Shown here one piece after another: positions 12,847-23,922 of a DNA stretch of 64,000 nucleotides. A program made the position numbers and the translations under genes. Every line of letters starts with the position of its first letter. Position 1 is the stretch's first letter. The notes beneath the pieces are model-generated. The model was not told where the DNA came from. It saw only the letters and a program-made list of their open reading frames with translations, and searched no databases. This DNA comes from Massalongia carnosa (lineage: Eukaryota), in contig OZ287078.1 of the NCBI GenBank assembly GCA_965645245.1, positions 1,736,001 to 1,800,000 of the forward strand. The letters run 5' to 3'.

Positions 12847-14352
12847 ATGCTTGCATATAACATTCCCGCCTTCGTCGCTTGCTTTTGCCTGCTGTTCATC
12901 TACGGCGTGCCGGCCGTGCGGAACCACCTTGCCCGCAAGCGAGTCAGCCGGGAGCGTGGCTGCCAGCCTCCCCCCTCAGTCGCGCAGAAGGATCCAATTT
13001 TCGGCTTGGATGTCGTGCTGCAGCTGTTCCGCTCGTACGAGGGTGGGCGCCGCAACGTCGCCTTCAAGAAGCAGATCGAGACCTACGGATCCACCTTCCA
13101 GTGGAAGACGTACGGCACCACGCGCATCTTCACCATCGAGCCTGACAACCTCCGGGCCGTCTTCTCCACCGATTTCAAGAACTGGGGCTTGCAACCCCTC
13201 CGGCTCGGGCCATGGGAACCCTTTGTCGGAAAGGGGATCATGGACAGTGACGGCGCGTTCTGGAAGCACTCCCGCGCCCTGATCCAGCCGACGTTCTCCA
13301 GAGAGCAGATTGCTGATCTTGAGTCTTTCGATGTCCACTTGCAGCGAATGCTTGAGTTGATCCCGAGAGACGGAACCACCACGGTGGACATGCAACCGCT
13401 TTTCGCTCGCTTGATCCTTGACGTCTCGACCGAGTTCCTGTTCGGTGAATCCGTGGAGTGCCTCACGACTAAAACCACGCTCGACGCGACTTCGTTCCTG
13501 AAAGCCTTCAACTACGGCCAAGCTGGGATTGGGAAACGCTTGCAACTCCCGCAATGGACGCTGTTCACCCGCGACGAAAAGTTCTGGAGCTCCTGCAAGA
13601 TCGCTCGTGATTTCGTCGACAAATATGTCGATCAAGCTTTGCGCCGCAGCGAATGCCCCACGCCCGACAAACCGGGCAAGTACATTCTGGCCTGGGAGCT
13701 GGCCAAAGAAACCAAGAACCGAGACGACATCCGGAACCAGCTACTGAACGTGTTCCTCCCCGGCCACGACGCCATCGCCGTGCTTCTGACCAACTGCTTC
13801 TTCAACCTCGCGCGCCACCCGGAGGTGTACGCCAAGCTCCGGCAAGAAATCATCCCGCTGGGCGATTCCGAATTGACCTTCGACCGCATCAAAAGCCTCA
13901 AGTACCTTCGTAGCGTGATCGACGAAACCTTCCGCCTCACCCCGACCGTGGGCCAAACCGCGCGCATCGCCCTCCACGACACCGTCCTCCCTACCGGCGG
14001 CGGCCCCACCGGCACCGCGCCCATGTACGTGAAAAAGGGCAGCAACGTGCAGATGAACTTTTACGCGCTCCATAAACGCGTCGAGGTCTACGGCGCCGAC
14101 GCCGAAGTCTTCCGCCCCGAGCGCTGGCAATCCCTGAAGCTGTCCCACTGGGACTACCTCCCCTTTGGCGGCGGGCCCCGCATCTGCCCTGCTCAGCACA
14201 TGACCTTCGCCCAGGCCGGCTTCACCATCGTGCGCATCCTGCAGCAGTTCCGTGCCATCGAGAACCGCGATCCATGCCACGAGTTCATCGAGCAGTACAA
14301 GATCAGCACCGAGAGCAAGAACGGTGCGAAACTCGTGTTAATCCCGGTTTAG
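12847..14352 (+). CDS. Cytochrome P450, CYP52-like clan, single exon, 501 aa
   Basis: N-terminal TM anchor, DPIFGLD, WKHSRALIQPTF, ExxR (ETFR), LPTGGG, PERW, heme motif FGGGPRICPA. Confidence 0.95.
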   Translation: MLAYNIPAFVACFCLLFIYGVPAVRNHLARKRVSRERGCQPPPSVAQKDPIFGLDVVLQLFRSYEGGRRNVAFKKQIETYGSTFQWKTYGTTRIFTIEPDNLRAVFSTDFKNWGLQPLRLGPWEPFVGKGIMDSDGAFWKHSRALIQPTFSREQIADLESFDVHLQRMLELIPRDGTTTVDMQPLFARLILDVSTEFLFGESVECLTTKTTLDATSFLKAFNYGQAGIGKRLQLPQWTLFTRDEKFWSSCKIARDFVDKYVDQALRRSECPTPDKPGKYILAWELAKETKNRDDIRNQLLNVFLPGHDAIAVLLTNCFFNLARHPEVYAKLRQEIIPLGDSELTFDRIKSLKYLRSVIDETFRLTPTVGQTARIALHDTVLPTGGGPTGTAPMYVKKGSNVQMNFYALHKRVEVYGADAEVFRPERWQSLKLSHWDYLPFGGGPRICPAQHMTFAQAGFTIVRILQQFRAIENRDPCHEFIEQYKISTESKNGAKLVLIPV

Positions 14353-17300
14353 TGTGGTTTGATTTAGTTGGGTTTAACCTCGTTGTGTGTATACCGGAAA
14401 AGTTTTGCGGGAATTGATCGATTTTGTTGGAGCTGTCGGCCAGAAAGGCGTTGGGGATGGGGATGGGTTCATGTTGAATATGTAGATTGATTAGAACGAC
14501 TCCCTTCTTCTGATTTCTTCCTTGAAAAACGGAAAAATGGAAACGAACAAGCCATCGATTCTACATACTGCTTCCTCCGTTCCGTTTACTCTGTCTTCAT
14601 CTCTCTCCCAATATATAGGCGTTACGTATCACTCCCTTTTTGGGGGGGGGGGGGAAACGGAAGAAAAATAAAAACTAACCAACCAATCAATCAATCAAGT
14701 TTACAAACCGTCCCTCCTCAATGTTTATTTATTTATTTCGCACCGCCGATTCTCGGGGGCTTCGTCTCACCTCAATTATTTTCTGTCTTTGTTCGCTCCT
14801 TTTCGTTTTTTTGGGTTTCTTTGCTCTCTCTCTCTCTCTCTCTCTTCAAATTCATCGTTGTGAGGGATCCGACAAGACAGGACGAGACGTGATTATTTCG
14901 AAGAAGAGAAGAAGAAGAGAAGGGAGAGGGGAAAAGAAAGGATGGATTTAATATATACACATAGTTACATACGTACTAGACACATAATTACATCCCTTAG
15001 AGCCTTTAATTGAGGAAGGGGGAAATAAAAGAAAAGGGGGTAGGTAAGACGAGAGAGAAATGAACACATGAGAAATTGGGAGATTGGGATTTGAGGAGTC
15101 TGAGGCACGTTTCCTTCGGAAACATAATTGAAAGCATTGATAAACAACAAATGAAGACTTATGAGGAAGGGATCTGTTAGTAACCTCTCGGATGACACTC
15201 TATGTGATTAGATGTATTTTGTTGGTTTCGATGGCGGTTGCGCAGTTCTCCAAAGGAGTAAGATTGAAATTTTATGAATTTGCATGAAAATAATTACTTA
15301 TCTTTGATTTTGCTGATCGGACGGGATCCAGGTCGACCTCGTCATCGAAAATTTCGAATAATGCATGCTCACAATTTGCAATGCTTAGGCCCCCAGATCT
15401 TGCCGGATGGACGATATTCATAGACCTAAAGCATCGGTACCTTTAATTATCTTAAATCCATTTTCGACAAGCATCATTAGACGTACCCGCTCAGTGAAAC
15501 TTAGCATAACTTCATCGATAGCGAGATCAGCATCCCTCGGCCTTGAAAATATCGCAAGAGTCAAAATCGTGACCACAAAAAATCCTTGATGAACTTGAAA
15601 CCAGTCGGCGTGGTATTTGTTAGATAAACCATCTTCTCTAGCCTTGAAAAAGCCATGCTAAGAAAAAACATCGACATGGAAAGACTTACAGCTAAGATGC
15701 GAAAGCCGATTCGCATAAGACAGGAGCACCGAGTCAAGATTACGTATGTCAAACTCGCCGGACCCCAATTGATTGCGCATACACTCATTGGGAATAATAT
15801 TATCAAGTTCTCGATATTTTGTCGAGTTCGCCGGTTTACCACGATTTCACCGTATCCAGATACGTTCAGGGCGATAATACAAGATGCCGATGTGATTTTA
15901 TTTGGTATGTCATCCTTAGCCCAACCCTGCCCCCTAAAAGCTGAACCAGCAGCAGATTTTCGAATCGAGGAATTCAGCGAGAAAGGGTAGGCTTTCTCCA
16001 AGCTCATCATTCCCGTACGATAATGTAATGACGTCTCCACCGGACCATTCTCGATGATCAGCATGCGGTTTCCATGATAAAGTAAGTATTGTCTTCTGGG
16101 TCTAAATTCATGGTCCGTTGCGACCGTACCGCGCAACAGAAGGCTTGAGGATTCGGCGGTTTAGGTTCGGAATCGCACTATATGATATCTGGATATTGCG
16201 GCCAAGCATTGACTACAAATGCCATGAGATGAAGTGTTGTACTCGCAGAATTGTGAACGCGACGTTGGATGCGAAAAATGCATCACGGATCAGTTTGGAC
16301 TTCCGAACTTGAAAGGATTGAAATCAAGGTCTTCCCCGATGAAATAGAGTCAAGTACACTTGCTCAGAAATTCGATGCAAATCAAATTGACTCTTTAAGA
16401 ACAATTAAATTGATGGGCAGAGAAAGTTTCGCATAATAACTGATCAGCGGATTTTACATATTCATGAAGTCCACATCATTTGGATCAACACGCAAGGAGG
16501 TTCAGTGTTGAAGTAATCCAATAAAACCAAAACCAGAAACAGGTCTTTACAACGTGCTGGTGAAGTTTCAGAAATCGACAAACTTGAAGCTTGAAAAGGA
16601 TGAAGACGGGTGCGAAGGAATATTAACTTATCATTAGGATGAGCGAAGTCGGGTTCCATGCCAGATTCTCAAGTAAGGAGAGCTGATTAGAGCGAAATGA
16701 TAATGAGTAGATTACGTATCCCCTTTTGTTGATTGTTGATGGTACTCGGTATAACGTTGAAACTACGACGGAAGTGACTACTGTCAAATATATAAGGGTC
16801 AAAAGGCTCAGGGAATTGGGTAGATGTTGATTGTATTTGTGGAGGATGTGGAAAAGTGGGAATCTATCTAAGGGGGAGGCCACGTGTCTAGTCGGGCCGG
16901 AATAACCCTTCGGATATATCATCCTGAGTTACCACTGATGTTTAGGATTAGTTATCCTATAATTTGACAACTACCTACTAATGAAAAGTATTGGGGTCGA
17001 GACTTGATCACCTTGGTGCATGACACGAATATTTAGAAGGGATAATTTTGATTATTATCTGTTTATGAACTCCCACTGGCTAATCTACCCTAAGCCTATT
17101 CCGGTTAAACAGTTACCAGTTGCCTTTTGTCCAACAAAAATAGCTGCAGGGCTGAGCTAACTAACGTTCGTTAATACGAATGGGGCCAAGTGAATATTTC
17201 AACATGATGATTCATCCTTTCAAACTCTTACATGATTCTTTAATGTTCAGTTGCATGAGGAGTGATGACTCGAAGGGTCCTTAATGAGATATTACTTTCA

Positions 17301-17355
17301 ACGTAGTTGGTACCAGAAAAGATTGAGAAAATTACGCATCATGCCATTGGCCTCG

Positions 17356-20300
17356 TGTCAACCTTTCTGACCAATCACATGGATTCAGGAAGGATGAAAA
17401 GACTGTATTCTGTATGTGGGAAATGCCCACATCTAGCTACCTATATAGAAGGGAAAAGGGGTCATGGCGGCAACGATATCAACCCCGGCAAATTGAGGGG
17501 TAAAGGTGGGAAAGAAATGGCGTAGTCTTAGCGGCATCTGCCGCGACAGGGGGTCGAGGATCGGCGATGAGAATCGACCGCATTCAGGTTTGACACACCC
17601 CCCCAGGATGCGAAGCATCCTGACCAAAAGAAGAAAACATGAAGCAATTCCCATTCGAGAAAAAGGTGCTGAGGTCGATGGAGGTGGAGTGCTCTCGGGA
17701 GTCGGAAGATGCTGCTGACTCGGTGAATGTCTCGGCATGATAGGGACGTCTTTCGCAGTCAACGACGCGGGCACATCCAGTGCAGACGAATTTTCAACCG
17801 AAGAAGGGTCAGCAGATGACCGACTGCGTATCGCTGTCGCTTGCCATTGCTCCTCATCTTCTGCCAAATCAACAATGTAGGGAGCAGCATCGAAAACTTC
17901 CAGCTCTACAAATTCGGACATATTTTTTTCGAGAATCAGTTCCTTTTTGACGTAGGTAGAGAAATTCTGGTCTTCATCAAAAATGACGTCTCTATACCCA
18001 CTGACCGACCAGGTCTCGGGATTCCAGATTCGATAAATATTTGTAGAATCGTATCCGACCAGATAGCCAACAAATGCTCGAAGGGCTAGTTTCTCACTTT
18101 TTGGCGGGGCATCTTTGCCTTTCAGAAGTGGGTATGCCTTGCACCCAAAGACCTTGAGATGACCAATTTCGGAATTGTATGGCTTCTTCAGGGCTCGGTG
18201 CAGGGAAATGTGAGGCGATTTCCAATCTAGGCCTTTTATCGGCGTTCTATTTAGCAAGTGTCCAGCAGCGAGATAGCACTCGGGATACAGATCTTCTGGC
18301 AAATCGGCGCCGATGCGAATGCATCTAGCCTTCTGAGTCAAAAGGCTTCCTGCCCTCTCAGCCGACCCATTCTGCTCCTTAGTATGCTTTGCGGACCATT
18401 CAAACGCGATTCCCTGTTCCTCGACGAAGTCCTGAATGACGTCTCCAACTGACGTTTCCTGATCCATTCGAAAGGTCTGAATGAAAAGACCGAATTCGGC
18501 TCCGAGTCGATCGCACCGATTAATGACATGCTTGACAATCCGAAGTAGTATCTCCTGCTTATGATCTTGCAGGGGGAAGACCCAATGAAACGAGGTGAAA
18601 TCATCCTGAAAATGAGCGACGCAGGTGGTCCCATCGAAAGCAGTCCTTTTCAAAATAATGAGGTCAAAATGAAGACGCTGGAATGGTTTAGTGGCTTTAG
18701 TAGCCGAGACTCTTGATACTAGTGTATGCATTTTTGACAATGCGCACGTCTCACATTTCACTGTCTTTGGAGCATCTTGACCACTGTCACCTCTTGAAAT
18801 CTCGATCATCTTCTGATTCGACAACTGGTTAATGACTTCCGGTTGGCAATGTCCTAGGCGGAGATGAAATTTCCATGGCGTGCCTTTTGGGATGGCATCT
18901 GCCGAGACTCGGGAACCGACGAAATTTGCGAAAGCACCGGCATGACCAACTGGATGATACTCGACGGTATAGAGACCAAAGTGCTCTTCCAATTCGAAGA
19001 TTGGAATGCCTTTCTTTTCAATCCTGTCCGTATGCATATTCCAAAGGAATCCTTTCTTTTTCAACTTGCTGACCGAAATCAGAGTCACCGAGGAAGCGGG
19101 GACATAGGCCGTATTCTGAAAATGCAGTGGCTGATTCTTCCCATTTAGTGTCCCATTTACTAGCATCGTCCCAAATCCTTCAACAAGGAGATCTCCGTCG
19201 GGAGTCGAGACCCATTCGTATGCCGGGATGATTTCGTCAATAAACCGGGATTTGTCCCAGGTCAGATGATTGGAGCATCCCGAGTCGTAGGAGACACTGA
19301 GATGAAGCAGATTGTCGCGATCCGAGATCGTATTTCCAAAAGAGACTGGAGCATTCTCGACAACAGGGAGCTCGGCGGGAGCATTGCCATTGCCTCGGCC
19401 ACGACCTCCACCTCCGCGACCCCTCGACCTCCACCTCTTCCTCGATATCGAGGTTTCAAAGGTTCATCAGGCTCGGAGATGCCGTTGAGAATGTCGGATG
19501 TAGCGGCGCGTTTGACATATCAATAAAGCTTGGAATTGGACTCGATTTTCTGTCGGATGTGGTCGCGTATCTCCTTATTGAATTTCCATCCCGAGATTCT
19601 AGACTCGACTGTCAAATAAGGGCATCTTTTCCAGGAGTGAGTTTCGCCGCAAAGGCATTCGTTATTGCCGTACTTGCTATCGTCGGAAGTGGAATTTCCC
19701 TGATCGGAAGAAGACTGTCCTTGCAGAGAAGCGGAATTCGCCGAGAGCTGCTGACGACGACCAGTGCTGATTGCATTTTCTTCTATCTCGGTCCGATACT
19801 CATTGGCGGCCTCGAAGAATTTAAGGGGACGACCTGATACATTTCGTATCTTGATCCAGGTGTCGCAAAAGAATGGTGCCCATGTCCGAGCGGCTTTCAG
19901 AAAGTGCTGAGTGTAGATATACTCACTATAGATGGGTTCAACTTTCAAAGCAACGATTTCTTCCCTCAGCGTTTCCCATTGGCAGATCCAGGATTCGATC
20001 TTTCCTTTCACCGGGTGAGAATTTCTTAACTCGTCGTATTGACGATCGATCTGCCTTTGAACTTCGTCCGGATTCTTTTTGAATTTGTGGGCCAGGGACT
20101 GAAGAATTTCTCGAACCGAGGATGATCTGACATTCCTGGCGACATAATCTTTAGCCGACTCCAGGATGATCGTATGAACCTTCTCAATTCCTATGGCTGC
20201 GGCCCTGGCATCTGCCTGAAGCCCTCGATGTGACCGTTCATCTGCGTTGTACGACTCCTTCTGTGATTCCGAGAGATCGGCATACCGAGAACATGGTTCG

Positions 20301-20909
20301 GGAATCAGGACCGGCGGGCCATTTGAATCGCCGAGAACTGTCCCTTGAGAAGAACCTTGAGAAGCGACAATAGCAGGCGTAGGGGTATTGGTAGAATCAG
20401 TGCCAGGCGTATTTGCCGAGACGACTTTGACGTAATCACTGTATTTGGGAAATTTGGGAATGGTAGGTTCCGACTCTGATCCTTCCGGATCGACGTACTC
20501 CCATACCTGAGATCGTACCGCGATACTCTTGATTTCCGACAACCAGGAATTGTAGGTCCTAGGCGTCAGAGCCGAGACGATGAGTTTCCGAGACGATCCC
20601 GACGACGAGTCTTCCATTTGGGATAACCGACCAATGATGGAGACAGATGGGAAAAACAGGGAAACGACCAAAAAGGCAAAGGAAAACAGAAGCACGAGGA
20701 ATAAATCAACTCTGCGATGCTCCATGAAAGATACGATAATTCCGGTGGCGATACTCAGCCTGCCTAGGATATTTCGGGGTCGATGAAGTCAGCGATAAAT
20801 CAGCTTACCAATAACTAAAGATAAGATGAAGGCAGCGAAAAATTCAGCTAACCCGGGCTCATAACTGTCAACCTTCCTGAATCCATGTGATTGGTCAGAA
20901 AGGTTGACA
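17356..20909 (-). mobile_element. Copia-derived element (gag-PR-IN, no RT/RNase H) with 38-bp terminal inverted repeats and 5-bp TSD
   Basis: 17356-17393 is the exact reverse complement of 20872-20909; TSD CCTCG at 17351-17355 and 20910-20914; empty site at about 42008; PBS-like GTTATGAGCCCGGG on the minus strand at 20852-20865. Confidence 0.9.
17433..20725 (-). pseudogene. Copia-type gag-protease-integrase polyprotein (stop at 19520-19522, frameshift near 19420)
   Basis: Gag knuckle CLCGETHSWKRC; protease YDSGCSNHLT (about 19265-19290); HLRLGH...CETC Zn finger; rve core LHFDL...RMDQE...NGSAER; SH3-like LKVFGCKAY...GYDSTNIYRIWNP; no YVDD RT motif follows. Confidence 0.88.
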
Positions 20910-21681
20910 CCTCGTTTCAAGAGAACTCGATGCCGCCAAATCATTAGCTGAACGAATCCTTTCAATTGTCCCTGATGAAAGCTGTGTTTATGATTGTGAA
21001 TTGCCTTTAAGGTACGGTCTCCCATACAAATGCTGATTGTATAAATGCATCATCGACTCGATCCATATTCCCGTTTCCCTCATTCACGGCCGCTAGTTTT
21101 TTGATGGCCCACCTTATGCGGTCTTTTGACAAATGACCTTCGATCTCGCTCGCGGCTCGGAGCCCGAGGTCGAAAAGATCGTCGATGAGGTTAAAGGGAA
21201 GAGAGAGATTGAGGCGAATAAGGATGAGGTCGAGCTCGAAGGAGGCGTGTTGAGTGAGGATAAATTTCGCCGCGGGGGCCTTGCTTTGCTACATTCTGTG
21301 GCAAATCAATCTAATGACCTGCATCAATCAATAGAAGATTCTCATCGAAGGAAGGAGTACGCTCGCGAGCATGCTCACATCGTTGAAAAGTTCAATAAGA
21401 AATGGCAAAAGAAGGAGCTGATAAGACCTCTCATCCCCACCACATTCCCCGACGAAATACGGCCCAAAGAAAACCTCATGTATAAGAAAGGAGGGAGTCA
21501 TCGACGTGCCTACACTGATCGCACCATTTACAGTTAGTGCGAGGGGGTGGTGCCTTCGCAGCGACGATAGTATGCCTCCTGAATGGCATCCTAAGCCCAA
21601 TGCGGTTAGACCGCAGCAGCGCGGAAGAGGCAACACACGAGCTGGTGCGTGCGACCGAGCTAAACCTTAATGGTCCACCTA

Positions 21682-23920
21682 ACCATGCGACCGAGGTAAA
21701 TCCGATGGACCGCACCCCGAGCGGAGCTCGGGGTGCGGCTCACCTCTATGACGCTATCATCTCCACGCATTTCTCAAACTATTTACATTATATCCATTGA
21801 TTGACCCTTTCAAAATGAAGGTATTCAAAATCAAAGGCTGACGTTTATCTATCCAGCTTTCGGCCTTTTAACCCACCAAGCCAACCCGTTTAGCTTTCGC
21901 TTTTCCATAGAGAAATATTTTCTTTTGTCTAGCCGTCTCAGCACGCTTTTGACGACCCTCCTCCTTTCCACCTCTTCTTGGGTACGATGTAGGTGATTGT
22001 GCCTCACATCTCGAGCGGTAACGATTCCTCCCTTCTGAACAACGGTGCCAGCAAGCTTTTTTCGGGCCCTTTTAGCCAATGCAGCTGTATGTGTGGTTTG
22101 CAAGTCGCGTTGCGTCAATTCTAGTAAATTAGCGTTTGCAACCGACCCTTTGATAAAACGTCGCATTCTTTCTGGAGTAATTTCTTCATTATTATTCATT
22201 CGTTGAATAATGGTTTTCTCTTCCATAGCAACGTCTTTGGGCTTTTTGGGGGTATGAGGTAGGATTATTGTCTCCGAAGATGATATTGGTATTGGTGGTA
22301 ATGCCGGATTTAAAGTACGAATTTTGGTCAAGACTACCTCCGGGTTTTAAGGTATCAACCCAGTTTTTTCCCAGGCTGATTTGTTAGAAGATGATTTGAA
22401 TGCCTTTGTACGAAATTGATTGAATGCGGCCAGAAAATCCAGACGATTGAAGTCAACGTCACCCAACCGAATGGCGTTGTCAACCGCTTCTGCATGATAA
22501 TGTTTCATTGGCTGAAAAAAACCAACGTCTAATGGCTGCGTCAAATGGGTTGAATGGGGGGGGGGGGGAATCTGAATAAACAGATCTTATTTTCTTTCGA
22601 ATATTCCCAAAATTCATACGTTAGATGAGATCCATATCCATCTAACAAAAGAAGCCTAAACGCTCCTTTTTGAACCTTTTTTGAATGAGCATTAAAATGC
22701 TTTAACCACTCTAATTGTCAGGGCATAGAAGGAATAAGGGCTAAGCTAACTAAGCGGGGCTTAGTTCTACGGCTAGGCTTAGGCATATGGAAAGCAGTTG
22801 GTCTGCGTTACGCGGCTGGTATCTACTGCCGAGAGTATAGTACGAGCGATCGAGATATACGAGGATGCTCGTACGATTAGTGAGCGGATAGTACGATACA
22901 GTCAGCACAGTGTCCACGATACAGTCAGCACAGTGTCTACGATACAGTCAGCACAGTGTCCACGATGCAGTCAGCAGAGTGTTTAGCCGGCTTATCCGGT
23001 AGGAGTAATGGGCGGTCAAGATAGTTACAGTATCAAGGGCCCAGAGGGTCAAGGGCTTCGGTCCGGGTATATAAGGAGGCTGCTCGAGGGAGATGCAATC
23101 TTCAACGATTAGTCTTCCGCTTTACCTACATACTTCTTTTAGTATATTAGTATAGCAAACCATTAGTGTCTTCACATTGTCACATATCCCTAGGCCTGGT
23201 GTCTGATAATCACCAGGTCTGACTCTTACACTAATGCTAGAAAATCATTCGAATAGCCGCTATCGCTTGTAGTCAACACGATATCATCTTTCAAATCATT
23301 CTCTAAGGCCCATTTGTGAAGTATGTTGACCCCTTTCAAAATAAAAAAGGATGGAACGCTTCCGCCAACTCCATTGATGCATTCGACCGAACTTATATAG
23401 TCTCAATTGTCTGGATCAGCGATTATAATTCGTTTATGTGATGATAGTGTCACTACTAAATGGGTTACCCCAAAGCTAACTCGAAAGCCTGTCTTATCCA
23501 TATTCCATATATCATCTGAAGTTATACCAAAAAGGGCTACAGTCCATTGAAATGAAGAGAAATAAGTTTGAATATCCGTAACATTGTGAGCGTTTTTCCT
23601 TTCGGCTGCTAATGGCTTGCCTTTTTGCATGAAAAATTGGGGATTTCTTTTCAAGAATCGTCCGGTCCAGCATTTTCCTACGCGGGTGAGAGAAGATGAA
23701 GACGAGGATGGATGTTGCAATTGCAACAAATAATCAGCTGCACCGCGAATCAATGGCAATCTCATTGATAATTCAATATCATCAAGAAATTCAATATACT
23801 ACTTCAGGGCTAGTTCTAGTGCGGCAGACAGCCTCATATTGACTGCATAAAGTCTGAGGTGAGCCGCACCCCGAGCTCCGTTCGGGGTGCGGTCCATCGG
23901 ATTTACCTCGGTCGCACGGT
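21682..23920 (-). mobile_element. pogo/Fot1 (Tc1-mariner superfamily) DNA transposon, defective
   Basis: About 65-bp TIRs at 21682-21746 and 23856-23920; TA on both sides (21680-81, 23921-22); minus-strand transposase remnants WNMDKTGF, LLLDGYGSH, QPLDVGFFQPMK with stops and frameshifts. Confidence 0.9.
22716..23230 (+). mobile_element. Solo LTR (515 bp) of the Gypsy element at 47336-53910, inserted in the pogo transposase
   Basis: TG...CA; TSD CTAAT at 22711-22715 and 23231-23235; differs from the full element's LTRs at about 8 positions, mostly transitions. Confidence 0.95.
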
Positions 23921-23922
23921 TA

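Larger units (their letters stand above)
17322..21522 (+). mobile_element. Fragment of a Mutator (MULE) element, interrupted by the insertion at 17356-20909
   Basis: About 17322-17355 plus 20910-21522 align with about 41980-42201 plus 43093-43520 of the TIR-bounded MULE; no TIRs seen for this copy. Confidence 0.82.

Noticed and set aside
12976..14280. Long antisense ORFs over the P450
   Set aside because: Shadow ORFs caused by high GC at third codon positions.
15200..16650. Overlapping 100-190 aa ORFs on both strands
   Set aside because: No recognisable domain; may be a decayed gene but cannot be supported.
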